Source of the DNA: Eledone cirrhosa | Lineage: Eukaryota | DNA: 64,000 nucleotides | Assembly: GCA_964016885.1 (NCBI GenBank) | Contig: OZ024762.1 | Span: 23,746,001-23,810,000, forward strand | Direction of reading: 5' to 3' | In this document: positions 26,668 to 39,527 of the stretch, piece after piece | Position numbering within the stretch: position 1 is the stretch's first letter | Layout: each line of letters opens with the position of its first letter | Program-made: the position numbers and the translations under genes | Notes under the pieces: model-generated | What the model was told of the DNA's origin: nothing | Seen by the model: only the letters and a program-made list of their open reading frames with translations | Databases searched by the model: none

Positions 26668-26670
<3 letters not shown>

Positions 26671-26910
26671 AGGTAATTCCGAAGGAAAAGCAAAGGAAAA
26701 AGAGTGCTCTATGTATGGAACAGAGCTATTTAATTACAGACGATAATAATATAATACACGTCTGGATCGGTCGTCTGACAGATGTAATGTTGCATTTGCC
26801 TTGTAAAGGACATTAAAAAAAGGACGATCCAGACGTTTATTATTATCGTCTGTGATCCAGAAACCTTTGGTAATGGAGTAAGTTATATTATGTTGTTCAC
26901 TTTCTAATTT
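26668..26910. mobile_element. Family C element pieces in opposite orientations
   Basis: 26680-26735 is the reverse complement of ~3449-3500; 26860-26900 matches 3402-3445. Confidence 0.65.
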
Positions 26911-27914
26911 TATATATATATATATATATATAGTTATATATATATATATATATATAGTTATATATATATATATATATATATATAGTTATATATATATATA
27001 TATATATATATAGTTATATATATATATATATATATATAGTTTATATATATATATATATATAGTTATATATATATATATATATATAGTTATATATATATAT
27101 ATATATATAGTTATATATAGGAACCAGTAAGACCCCGACAGCTGAGCTCAAGCCGTTTATATATATATATATAGTTATATATATATATATATAGTTATAT
27201 ATATATATATATATATATAGTTATATATATATATATATATATAGTTATATATATATATATATATAGTTATATATAGGAACCAGTAAGACCCCGACAGCTG
27301 AGCTCAAGCCGTTTATATATATATATATAGTTATATATATATATATATAGTTATATATATATATATATATATAGTTATATATATATATATATATATAGTT
27401 ATATATATATATATATATATATATAGTTATATATATATATATATATATAGTTATATATAGGAACCAGTAAGACCCCGACAGCTGAGCTCAAGCCGTTTAT
27501 ATATATCTATATAGTTATATATATATATATATATATATAGTTATATATATATATATATATATAGTTATATATATATATATATATATAGTTATATATATAT
27601 ATATATATATAGTTATATATAGGAACCAGTAAGACCCCGACAGCTGAGCTCAAGCCGTTTATATATATATATATAGTTATATATATATATATATATATAT
27701 AGTTATATATATATATATATAGTTATATATATATATATATATATAGTTATATATATATATATATATATAGTTATATATATATATAGTTATATATAGGAAC
27801 CAGTAAGACCCCGACAGCTGAGCTCAAGCCGTTTCGACGGCTAATTCTGGACTCAGTATTGAGTACTTTGGTGCGTTATGGTCCACCTGGTTCCTTACCA
27901 CATTTCCTTCGTTA
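26911..27914. repeat. Array of (TA)nGT units interleaved with five 39-bp family A fragments
   Basis: GGAACCAGTAAGACCCCGACAGCTGAGCTCAAGCCGTTT at 27120, 27277, 27460, 27622 and 27796. Confidence 0.9.
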
Positions 27915-27917
27915 TAG

Positions 27918-27967
<50 letters not shown>

Positions 27968-28092
27968 TATATATATATATATAATATTTATATATATATA
28001 TATAATATTTATATTTATATATATAATATTTATATTTATATATATAATATTTATATTTATATATATAATATTTATATTTATATATATATATT

Positions 28093-28144
<52 letters not shown>

Positions 28145-28291
28145 ATATTTATATTTATATATATATATTTATATATATATAATATTTATATTTATATATA
28201 TATATTTATATATATATAATATTTATATTTATATATATATATTTATATATATATATATTTATATTTATATATATTTATATATATATATATT

Positions 28292-28327
<36 letters not shown>

Positions 28328-28369
28328 TATATATATATATATTTATATATATATATTTATATATATATA

Positions 28370-28411
<42 letters not shown>

Positions 28412-28679
28412 CATACATAAGATACAGAGTTTAACGTTGTTATGAGAATTAGCTTTGTTTACAAACAGCGGAGAATTTGAAAATTAGTCAAAAATACGGC
28501 GGAAGCTCTATTTCACTATCTAATATACACACACACACACACACATATATACACGCACACACACGGGCATGGTCTCATGGGGGCACCAGGCGACAAGTCC
28601 CCCCCCCCCCCCCCCGTGTAATAAAACGTGAGGTTCTACGCATGTGTAATAAACCGCGGCCATTTGCAATATTTCCACG

Positions 28680-29080
28680 CACTCTGTGTTCCAAATTATT
28701 AACAAGTGGTCTGAAAATTATGTAATATTTTGTAATTATGGGTCATAAATGTGACTTAACCGCTTCAAAGAAATTTGTTATTACTTCAGAAGTTGCAAAA
28801 GGTAAACTAACATTAAAAATGTCTAAAATAATTGGAATATATCACCAAATTGTGAAAAACATTTTGTTAGAGCTCCTACGAAGATTCGTAAGAGAGCCGA
28901 CAAGGATCAGTCGAAGACTGTTTCTCAACATTCTCTGTCACGAATTAAGCGTGGAATTGTAAGGAGCTTATGTCGTACAATTGGAGTACATTTCAAGCAA
29001 ATTGGCGAAACAACTGTGTTCAGAACATTCTGGATCTCGTCTTCGGAAAAAGGTCGGTAAAGCTCACGTTTTTAGACAGC
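28680..29080 (+). pseudogene. Decayed Tc1-like transposon 5' end and transposase N-terminal HTH
   Basis: TIR-like CACTCTGTGTTCCAAATTATT, then MGHKCDLTASKKFVITSEVAKGKLTLKMSKIIGIYHQIVK, resembling Tc1 paired-type HTH (recalled similarity only). Confidence 0.5.
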
Positions 29081-29196
29081 ATACGTATATAACTGGTACC
29101 GTCATTCTGTGAAAATTTCGTTTTCACTCCTACGAGTTTTAAAATACAATAAATATAAATTTAACGTCGCTCGCTGTTTCAAAACATACTTACCTG

Positions 29197-29243
<47 letters not shown>

Positions 29244-29424
29244 AACAAAAGATGGTTAAAAGAGTTCCATGTTTTAACCATCTTTTGTTCTTATATATTA
29301 TGTATACTCCAGTCGTACAAATTGTAGAGTGCTTCTTATCCGATAACCTGCATTGCTTTATTGTACTACAATAAAACTCACCTCCTACATATATATATAT
29401 TTATATATATATAGTAATAATAAT

Positions 29425-29576
29425 AAATATAAAGACTAAAATCCAAAGAGGGTTCGATAAGGATAAATATATATCAAATATATAAGAACCGTAGAGCAAA
29501 TATTTATTTCAGAAGATCACTTTAAGGGTGAAAACAGCGATTCTTTGCTTAAACTTTAATCTGTTATTTTAATAAA
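29425..29576 (-). mobile_element. TA-flanked element, reverse-complement homolog of 2363-2520
   Basis: AAACTTTAATCTGTTATTTTAATAA here versus TTATTAAAATAACAGATTAAAGTTT at 2364. Confidence 0.7.
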
Positions 29577-29582
29577 TATATG

Positions 29583-29629
<47 letters not shown>

Positions 29630-29631
<2 letters not shown>

Positions 29632-29822
29632 CAAATAAGGTGTGGTAAGACACCTGGTGGACCATAATGCACCAGAGTACTCGATACATAGAGTAGTAGA
29701 GTGGGTAATAGGAAAAGAGTCAGGACCCCGACGGCTGAGCTCTGATCGTTTCGACAGCTAGTTTCGTTCGGATCTAGCTGTCGAAACCATCGGAGCTCAG
29801 CCATCGGTGTCCTGATTCTTTT

Positions 29823-29826
<4 letters not shown>
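29630..29826. mobile_element. Family A element with fold-back
   Basis: Inverted arms centred at ~29767. Confidence 0.8.
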
Positions 29827-29873
<47 letters not shown>

Positions 29874-30119
29874 GGTATAGAAAGTACTGTAGCAAGAAGC
29901 CAACAGTATTCCATAATATATAAGTGCCTATAGCGTCAAAATGGGAAAATAGTTAACGTAAGATGTGGGAAAAATAATTCAAACTCAATCCAAAAAGAAT
30001 CAGGATATAGATTCATCCAACAGAATTTAGTGAAATCCAGGGAAAAATCAATGGAGCCTTAACTCATGATAAAATAAAGTTTAAAATACTCATCCTTCAA
30101 TTTGGAACAACTACAAATG

Positions 30120-30175
<56 letters not shown>

Positions 30176-30324
30176 TTAAGGAAACTATTTATGGTTATGT
30201 ATATACTAAAACCTTTTATAGTTATATATATTTTAAACCCTAAATAGTGAAAGACAGTAATTCATTACTATCTTATTAATAGTAAGATAAATAGCTCAAT
30301 ATATATACATATATATATATATAC

Positions 30325-30383
<59 letters not shown>

Positions 30384-30414
30384 TATGATAAATGATTGCT
30401 ATTACACCCTATTT

Positions 30415-30568
30415 TAACTCTGTGAGTTCAAATCCCGCCGAGGTTAGCTTTGCCTTTCATTCTTACGAGGTCGATAAAATAAAGTACCAGTAATGCACTG
30501 GGGTCGATTTCAACGACTTTCCCCACCCCCAAAATTGCTGGCCTTGTGCCTAAATCAGAAACCGTTAT
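30415..30568 (+). mobile_element. SINE S1 (long-tail variant), 5'-truncated
   Basis: B-box, core and tail. Confidence 0.8.
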
Positions 30569-30658
30569 TACACCCATCTAACGTTGGAGTGGAATTTGTT
30601 TTTCCAGAGGGTTTTGAACGTATATGAACTCGAATATTCTTCGTCTTTTAATTAACTA

Positions 30659-31805
30659 TGGTGTAATGGTGGTAGTGGTAGTGTGTTGGTGTTGGTGGTG
30701 GTAGTAGCAGTGGTAGTGTGTTGGTGTTGGTGGTGGTAGTAGCGGTGGTAGTGTGTTGGTGTTGGTGTTGGTGGTGGTAGTAGCGGTGGTAGTGTGTTGG
30801 TGTTGGTGGTGGTAGTAGCGGTGGTAGTGATGTTGTTGGTGGTAGTAGTGATGTTGTTGGTGGTGGTAGTGGTGTTGTTGGTGGTAGTAGTGATGTTGTT
30901 GGTGGTGGTAGTGGTGTTGTTGGTAGTGATGGTGTTGTTGTTGGTGGTAGTAGTGATGTTGTTGGTGGTGGTAGTGGTGTTGTTGGTGGTGGTAGTAGTG
31001 ATGTTGTTGGTGGTGGTAGTGGTGTTGTTGGTGGTGGTAGTGTGTTGGTGGTGGTAGTGATGTTGTTGGTGGTGGTAGTGTGTTGGTGGTGGTAGTGGCG
31101 GTGGTAGTGATGTTGTTGGTGGTGGTAGTGTGTTGGTGGTGGTAGTGTGTTGGTGGTGGTAGTAGCGGTGGTAGTGATGTTGTTGGTGGTGGTAGTGGTG
31201 TTGTTGGTGGTGGTAGTGATGTTGTTGTTGTTGGTGGTAGTGATGGTGTTGGTGGTGGTAGTGATGGTGTTGTTGTTGGTGGTAGTAGTGGTCTTGTTGG
31301 TGTTGGTTGTAGCGGTGGTAGGGATGTTGTTGGTGGAGGTAGTGATGGTGTTGGTGGTGGTAGTGGTGTTGTTGGTGGTGGTAGTGATGGTGTTGTTGGT
31401 GGTGATGTTGGCAGTAATTGTAGTGGTGGTAGTAATAATAGTGTTGGTGGTGGTGGTGGTGATAATGGTGGTGGTGGTGATAATGGTAGTGGTGGTGGCA
31501 GTGGTGATGGTAGTGATGGTGGTGGTAGTGGTAGTAATGGTGGTGCTGGAGGTATTGGTGGTGGTGATGGTAGTGGTGGCAGTGATGGTAGTGGTGATGG
31601 TAGTGGTGGCAGTGGTGGTGGCAGTGATAGTGTTGGTGGTGGTGATGGTAGTGGTGGCAGTGGTGGTGGTGATGGTAGTGGTGGCAGTAATGGTGGTGCT
31701 GGTGGTGATGGAAGTGGTGGCAGTGATGGTGGTGGTGGTGATGGTAGTGGTAGCAGTGATGGTGGTGGTGATGGTAGTGGTGGCAGTGGTGGTGATGGTA
31801 GTGGT
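30659..31805. repeat. Degenerate (GGT/GTT/GAT)n trinucleotide field
   Basis: Directly visible; source of the poly-V and poly-T pseudo-ORFs. Confidence 0.9.
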
Positions 31806-32149
31806 ACAGAATGCTATTTTAATCTGATGACTCCTAAGTTTTGTTATTGCTGTTATTGTTATTGTTTCATTAACAATGTGGTTCACATCACAAGAGCTTC
31901 TATGTTCACTCATGTGTCACATGGTACAGTCACATGATACACCCCCACACAAACACCCACACTCACACACCAACACACACCAACACACACACATACATAC
32001 TCACACACAACTCACACATACACACCATATGTCACATAGTACACAGGTTCTGTATTAAATATTAAATCTCTTAAATATGTATGAGTGTGTGTGTGTATGT
32101 ATATTTGTGTGTGTATGTATATTTGTGTGTATGTATATGTGAGTATGTA

Positions 32150-32193
<44 letters not shown>

Positions 32194-32352
32194 CTTTATT
32201 GTGTGTGTATGTATATTTGTGTGTATGTATATGTGAGTATGTATGTACATATATATATATATATGTATATGTGCTTTATTGTGTGTGTATGTATATATGT
32301 ATATGTGCTTTATTGTGTGTGTGTATGTATATTTGTGTGTATGTATATCTGA

Positions 32353-32396
<44 letters not shown>

Positions 32397-32589
32397 TTTA
32401 TTGTGTGTGTGCATGTATATCTGAGTGTATGTGTATATATATATATATATATATATGTATATGTGCTTTATTGTGTGTATGTATATTTGTGTGTAATGTG
32501 TGTGTGTATGTATATTTGTGAGTGTGTAATATATGTATATGTTTTATTGTGTGTGTATGTATATTTGTGAGTGTGTATATATGTCTATT

Positions 32590-32622
<33 letters not shown>

Positions 32623-32689
32623 GTGTGTGTATTTTTTTGTATACATAAACAAATATATATTTGTAGTGGTAGTAGAGGGGATGGTAATG

Positions 32690-33914
32690 CAGTAGTATTG
32701 GTGGTAGTAGTTGTGGTAGTATTGAGGTTCATGGTTGTTGTATTGGTGGTAGTAGTAGTAATTGTCCATGGTCCTGGTTGTAGTTTCGGTGGCAGTATTG
32801 ATGGTTATGGTATTGGTGGTAGTAGTTGTGGTAGTATTGATGGTTGTAGTATTGGTGGTAGTATTGATGGTTGAGGTTGTAGTATTGGTGGTAGTATTGA
32901 TGTTCCTGGTTGTAGTATTGGTGGTAGTAGTTGTGGTAGTATTGATGGTTGTAGTATTGGTGGTAGTATTGATGGTCGAGGTTGTAGTATTGGTGGTAGT
33001 ATTGATGTTCCTGGTTGTAGTATTGGTGGTAGTAGTTGTGGTAGTATTGATGGTTGTAGTAGGTGTAGTATTGATGGTCGAGGTTGTAGTATTGGTGGTA
33101 GTAGTTGTGGTAGTATTGATGGTTGTAGTATTGGTGGTAGTATTGATGGTTGAGGTTGTAGTATTGGTGGTAGTATTGATGTTCCTGGTTGTAGTATTGG
33201 TGGTAGTAGTTGTGGTAGTATTGATGGTTGTAGTAGGTGTAGTATTGATGGTCGAGGTTGTAGTATTGGTGGTAGTATTGATGTTCCTGGTTGTAGTATT
33301 GGTGGTAGTAGTTGTGGTAGTATTGATGGTTGTAGTAGGTGTAGTATTGATGGTCGAGGTTGTAGTATTGGTGGTAGTATTGATGTTCCTGGTTGTAGTA
33401 TTGGTGGTAGTATTGATGTTCCTGGTTGTGGCATTGGTGGTAGTAGTTGTGGTAGTATTGATGGTTGTAGTAGGTGTAGTATTGATGGTCGAGGTTGTAG
33501 TATTGGTGGTAGTATTGATGTTCCTGGTTGTGGTATTGGTGGTAGTATTGATGTTCCTGGTTGTGGCATTGGTGGTAGTAGTTGTGGTAGTATTGATGGT
33601 TGTAGTATTGGTGGTAGTATTGATGGTTGAGGTTGTAGTATTGGTGGTAGTATTGATGTTCCTGGTTGTAGTATTGGTGGTAGTATTGATGTTCCTGGTT
33701 GTAGTATTGGTGGTAGTATTGATGTTCCTGGTTGTGGTATTGGTGGTAGTATTGATGTTCCTGGTTGTAGTATTGGTGGTAGTATTGATGTTCCTGGTTG
33801 TAGTATTGGTGGTAGTATTGATGTTCCTGGTTGTAGTATTGGTGGTAGTATTGATGTTCCTGGTTGTGGTATTGGTGGTAGTATTGATGTTCCTGGTTGT
33901 GGTATTGGTGGTAG
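32690..33914. repeat. 33-bp-based minisatellite built from trinucleotide units
   Basis: AGTATTGATGTTCCTGGTTGTAGTATTGGTGGT at 33781, 33814 and elsewhere, with higher-order variants. Confidence 0.9.
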
Positions 33915-34350
33915 TTTTTACAACAATAATAAGATAGATTGTACCAGTAATCCCTTGTCCAGCCCTCTCATAAGATGTGCAACATTAAGTCTGAGGTTCC
34001 ATGAAAAAAGGTAGAGAAATATATTTATATTACAACCATATAACAGTATTAGACTTTGGGGTTCCCCAAAAGTTTCTGAATCTGAAGGGGTTCCACGTTT
34101 GATAAAGTTTAGGAAACCCTGCAGTAGATAAGACTGGACCCTTACATAATAAAAACAAGAACAATCCATTTGATAGGCTTCCACACAGTTACTGTCTACA
34201 CAATTTCACTTACAAGGGTTGGGTTGACCGGAAGCTATGGCTCAAATCTGTGCAGGAATAAGCGGCCTCCTATATCTTTGTATCTCATATCTGGTTTTGG
34301 GGGCTGTGTTAATAATGGGAGCCCCCACCTCTCTGTTTTATCAACTTTAA

Positions 34351-34560
34351 CCCTTTAACATTTAAACTGGCCAGAATTCTCTCACCTCTTTCTGTTCAAA
34401 CTGGCCATAACTGGCCGCTCATACTGATGTTAAGGTATTATTCTTAAAATAAATAATATCAAAATCTTGTAGATTCAATATTATGTGAGATAATTATGTA
34501 AGATAAAGACTTTACCACAAAATACAATAGTAAATGTAGATTAATGTGAATGGTAAAGGG
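34351..34560. mobile_element. TTAA-targeting MITE (piggyBac-like termini)
   Basis: TTAA|CCCTTTAACATT ... AATGGTAAAGGG|TTAA; second copy at 63423. Confidence 0.8.
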
Positions 34561-34952
34561 TTAACCAACAAACTATTCTTTAACTTTTAACGTCCTGTAC
34601 CACATAAAACCGCGTTAGCAAGACGTTGTTAAAAAGTACAAAACAACACTATGACTACATTACAATAAAAAATAAAATCTTAACTTGTATATTGCAAACT
34701 TTCACAACAATCTGTCCCATAATAAAGATACTGTAAACATTTGAACTAACAAATCACATGAAACATCAGTAAAACATTCTTGAAAAGTACAAAGCAACAC
34801 TGTGATTGCATCACATTAAAAATTAAAATGTTTACTTGAATGATGCAACTGTTCACAATGATCTGTTTGCTAGAAAATATACTATAAACATTTGAATTAA
34901 CAAACCCATTTTTAGACATTTTCTATCAAATCATTAATAATGATAAAGTTAG

Positions 34953-35160
34953 TTCTTCGCTCACTTCATCCTGAGAAGGTAATGAGGACAGAGTCCTCAA
35001 ACATTCCTTCCAGCGGGTCCTGTAAGAAACAAACATCTCCAACTGGATCCCCAAGCAAGACCAGCCAAGCTCATGTATGTTATTCAACCATCCTGCTCGG
35101 GGTCTACCCCTGGGGGCCTCTTGCTGGTTGGTTTTGCCTGTAAAATCTGCCCAGCAATTC
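34953..35160 (-). pseudogene. 3' end of a second, decayed RTE family
   Basis: Minus strand gives IAGQILQAKPTSKRP/RGRPRAGWLNNIHELGWSCLGI; homologous to 47111-47405. Confidence 0.75.
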
Positions 35161-36420
35161 TTTCCTGAGACATTCTAACCACATGTCCGTAGTATCAGAG
35201 CTGTGATCTCTCAATGTTGAGAAGTAGCAGCTCTACCTGGAGTGACTCTCCAGTGATTCTTTCCTGAGACATTCTAACCACATGTCCATAGTATTAGAGC
35301 TGTGATCTCTCAATTCAGAGAAGTAGCAGCTCTACCTGGAGTGACTCTCCAGTCATTCTTTCCTGAGACATTCTAACCACATGTCCGTAGTATCGGAGCT
35401 GTGATCTCTAAATTCGGAGAAGTAGCAGCTCTACCTGGAGTGACTCTCCAGTGATTCTTTCCTGAGACATTCTAACCACATGTCCATAGTATTAGAGCTG
35501 TGATCTCTCAATTCAGAGAAGTAGCAGCTCTACCTGGAGTGACTCTCCAGTCATTCTTTCCTGAGACATTCTAACCACATGTCCGTAGTATCGGAGCTGT
35601 GATCTCTAAATTCGGAGAAGTAGCAGCTCTACCTGGAGTGACTCTCCAGTCATTCTTTCCTGAGACATTCTAACCACATGTCCGTAGTATCGGAGCTGTG
35701 ATCTCTCAATTCAGAGAAGTAGCAGCTCTACCTGGAGTGACTCTCTAGTGATTCTTTCCTGAGACATTCTAACCACATGTCCATAGTATCGGAGCTGTGA
35801 TCTCTAAATTCGGAGAAGTAGCAGCTCTACCTGGAGTGACTCTCCAGTCATTCTTTCCTGAGACATTCTAACCACATGTCCGTAGTATCGGAGCTGTGAT
35901 CTCTCAATTCAGAGAAGTAGCAGCTCTACCTGGAGTGACTCTCTAGTGATTCTTTCCTGAGACATTCTAACCACATGTCCATAGTATCGGAGCTGTGATC
36001 TCTAAATTCGGAGAAGTAGCAGCTCTACCTGGAGTGACTCTCTGATCTCCAAGCTACAAATCTGTCCACTTATTCATTCCTGAGACATTCTAACCACATG
36101 ACCATAGTATCGGAGCTATGATCTCTAAATTCGGAGAAGTAGCAGCTCTACCTGGAGTGACTCTCTGATCTCCAAGCTACAAATCTGTCCAGTGATCTGT
36201 CCTGAGACATTCTAACCACATGTCCGTAGTATCAGAGCTGTGATCTCTCAATCTTGAGAAGTAGCAGCTCTACCTGGAGTGACTCTCTGATCTCCAAGCC
36301 ACAAATCTGTCCAGTTATTCATTCCTGAGACATTCTAACCACATATCCATAGTATCAGAGCTGTGATCTCTCAATTTTGAGAAGCAGCTGCTCTACCTGA
36401 AATGAATCTCTGATCTCCAA
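35157..36420. repeat. 99-bp (then ~122-bp) tandem array of the same RTE coding segment as 1-992
   Basis: ATTCTTTCCTGAGAC at 35157, 35256, 35355 and so on; the minus strand reads ESLQVELLLLRIERSQLRYYGHVVRMSQER with scattered stops. Confidence 0.93.
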
Positions 36421-36499
36421 GTTAAGCACTTTATCGAGTTAAATTACTCAAGAAAGTTAGCTATTTTACTAAATCCCTCCAAATTATTGCTTATTTTCA

Positions 36500-37152
36500 A
36501 AATCATTTGAAAATCAAACTGTTTTTTATTAGAAAAATTGTGAAGAAAGGGTGGGTTCTTTTTGCACCAAACCAGCTCAAAGCCTCCCTAATTCAGAAAT
36601 ATAAAACTGTTTTAATGTGTTTAGATTTATCTATAAGCATTTTATCATAATTGTATGTAAGAACCTTTAAGTTATGTTCCAAATATCATAGTGTCTTTCA
36701 TTAGAAATATGGCAAAGAAAGGGTTGGTCTTTTTTTACACTAAACTGTTGCAAAACTGCCCTAGTTTTCTGATACAAAATCATCATAATTTCTTAAGTTA
36801 TGTTCCAAACATCATAGACTGTTTTTCATAAAAGATATGGTCCCATTTACACCAAACTACCTCAAAACCAACCCCTAATTCTATAAAACTGTTTGTTTTA
36901 AAGTGTTCATATTTATCTAAAAACAACTTCCATCATCATCATTGTGTTATGTAAGAACCTTTGTTAAGTTATATTCCAAACACCATAGCCAGTGTCTTTC
37001 AGTAGAAATATGGTAAAGAAAAAGTTGCTCCTTTTAACACCAAATTGCCTGAAAACATCCCTAGTTCTATGATAAAAAACATTTCATCATGTTATGTAAT
37101 AACCCTTAAGTTATGTTCCAAACATGGACTGTCTTTCATTAAAGATATGGTA
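36500..37152. repeat. Old diverged tandem repeat (~4 units)
   Basis: TTAAGTTATGTTCCAAA.ATCATAG-like motif at ~36667, 36793, 36965 and 37106. Confidence 0.65.
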
Positions 37153-37272
37153 CTGTTATATCTGGAGTTGTCAGAGCACTCAGTCCAAAGGGTGAGTTTG
37201 GTATAAAGTTACTTCCACAAGAAATTATCAAACTATCTTTGAATGAATATAGTTTGCTGATTTGGTGTGGAA

Positions 37273-37975
37273 CTCTCTCTCTCTAGCTCTCTATCTCTCT
37301 CTCTAGCTTTCTATATCTCTCTCTCTCTCTCTCTCTCTAACTATCTCTCTCTCTCTAGCTCTATCTCTCTCTCTCTAGCTCTCTATATCTCTAGCTCTCT
37401 ATCTCTCTCTCTCTAACTATCTCTCTCTCTCTCTCTAGCTCTATCTCTCTCTCTCTAGCTCTCTATATCTCTAGCTCTCTATCTCTCTCTCTCTCTATCT
37501 AGCTCTCTATCTCTCTCTCTCTCTCTATCTATCTCTCTATCTCTCTCTCTAGCTATCTCTCTATCTCTCTCTCTAGCTATCTCTCTCTCTCTCTCTCTCT
37601 CTCTATAGCTCTCTATATATCTCTCTCTCTGTAGCTCTCTATATATCTCTGTCTCTGTCTCTCTCCATTTTTCTCTCACTCTGTCTCTCTCCATTTTTCT
37701 CTCACTCTCTCCTGCTCTTTCTCTCATTATCTCCTGCTCTTTCTCTCATTATCTCTCTCTCTCTCTAGCTCTCTCTCTCTGTCTCTCTCCAGCTATCTCT
37801 CTCTCCATCTTTCTCTCTCTCAACACCACTCTCTCCTGCTCTTTCTCTCATTATCTCTCTCCATCTATCTACCCCTCCCCCACCCCCACTCAACCCCTCT
37901 CTATCTACCTATCTATCTATCTACCTATCTATCTATCTATCTATCTGTTTTTCTACCTACCTATCTACTTCTCTT
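37273..37975. repeat. (CT)n/(CTAT)n compound microsatellite
   Basis: Directly visible. Confidence 0.9.
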
Positions 37976-37993
37976 TCCTTATATATGTGTAGA

Positions 37994-38186
37994 AGGGTGG
38001 TGGATTGGCAGTATCGGTGGAGGGTCTGACGCCATACTTTGCAGCATAGAGTTACTGCCCTTTATGGTCTGAGTTCAAATCCCACCGAGGTTAACTTTGG
38101 CTTTCATCCTTACGGGGTCGATAAAATAAAGTACCAGTAATACACTGGAATAATTGCTGGCCTTGTGCCAAAAGTAGAAACAATTA
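37994..38186 (+). mobile_element. SINE S1, full length
   Basis: A-box-like TGGCAGTATCGG, B-box GAGTTCAAATCC, core and tail. Confidence 0.88.
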
Positions 38187-38893
38187 TATGTAGAAAGAGA
38201 GAGAGAGAGAGACAAAGATAGACAGAAGGAGAGAGAGAGAGAGAGAACTATCTTTTCTCTCCATTAAAATATGTCTGCCTGCCTGTCTGTCTGTCTGTAA
38301 GTGTGTATGTATCTACATAGAGGCATGTGTGTGTTTGTATGTCTGTGTGTATGTATCTACATAGAGGCATGTGTGTTTGTATGTCTGTGTGTATGTATCT
38401 ACATAGAGGCATGTGTGTGTTTGTATGTCTGTGTGTATGTATCTACATAGAGGCATGTGTGTGTGTGTATGCATTTCTGCCTGTAAGCGTGTGTATGTGG
38501 ATATGTACTTGGAGTTATGTATATATGTATATAGATGTGTTTCTATATGTGGAGATGTATGTGTGCATGTGAGTGTATATATATATGTATGTGTGTGAGT
38601 ATGTGTATATATATGTGTATGTGTGAGAGGGTAATGTATGTATAAAAATATATGTAAATGTATGTATATATGTGTGTGTATATATATGTGTGTGTGTATA
38701 TATATGTGTGTGTATATACATGTGTGTGTGTATATATATATGTATGTATGTGTATGTATATATATATATATATGTATGTATGTGTATATATATATATATA
38801 TATATGTATGTATGAATGTACATATGTATGTATATGTATGTATGTGTATATATGTGTATGCATGTGTGAATGTGTATATATGTATGTAAGTAT

Positions 38894-38924
<31 letters not shown>

Positions 38925-38944
38925 CATATATATATGTATATATG

Positions 38945-38975
<31 letters not shown>

Positions 38976-38990
38976 GTATGTATGTATATG

Positions 38991-39029
<39 letters not shown>

Positions 39030-39145
39030 GTATATGTATGTATATGTATGTATATATTATATGTATATGTATGTATGTATATGTATGTATATGTATGTAT
39101 GTATATGTATGTATATGTATGTATGTATATGTATGTATATATATG

Positions 39146-39178
<33 letters not shown>

Positions 39179-39323
39179 GTATATGTATGTATATATATGT
39201 ATATGTATGTATATATATGTATATGTATGTATATATATGTATATGTATGTAAATATATGTATGTATGTATATATATATGTATGTATGTATATATGTATGT
39301 ATGTATATATATATGTATGTATG

Positions 39324-39356
<33 letters not shown>

Positions 39357-39357
39357 G

Positions 39358-39388
<31 letters not shown>

Positions 39389-39462
39389 GTATGTATATGT
39401 ATGTATGTGTATGTATGTGTGTGTGTGAATGTGTGTGTACCCATATAAAGAATAAATCTCAC

Positions 39463-39489
39463 CTGTTGTGGGAAATCCAGTCTATTTAC
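39463..39489 (-). other. Candidate 27-nt microexon (VNRLDFPQQ if phase 0)
   Basis: Minus strand reads ttttttctccaatcaatcccttcaAG|GTAAATAGACTGGATTTCCCACAACAG|GTGAGA, in a ~90-bp unique island between simple repeats. Confidence 0.3.
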
Positions 39490-39527
39490 CTTGAAGGGAT
39501 TGATTGGAGAAAAAATAGCTTTTACAT

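Noticed and set aside
33960-34121. hAT-like right end (GGGGTTCC...GAAACCCTG)
   Set aside because: No convincing left TIR or TSD found.
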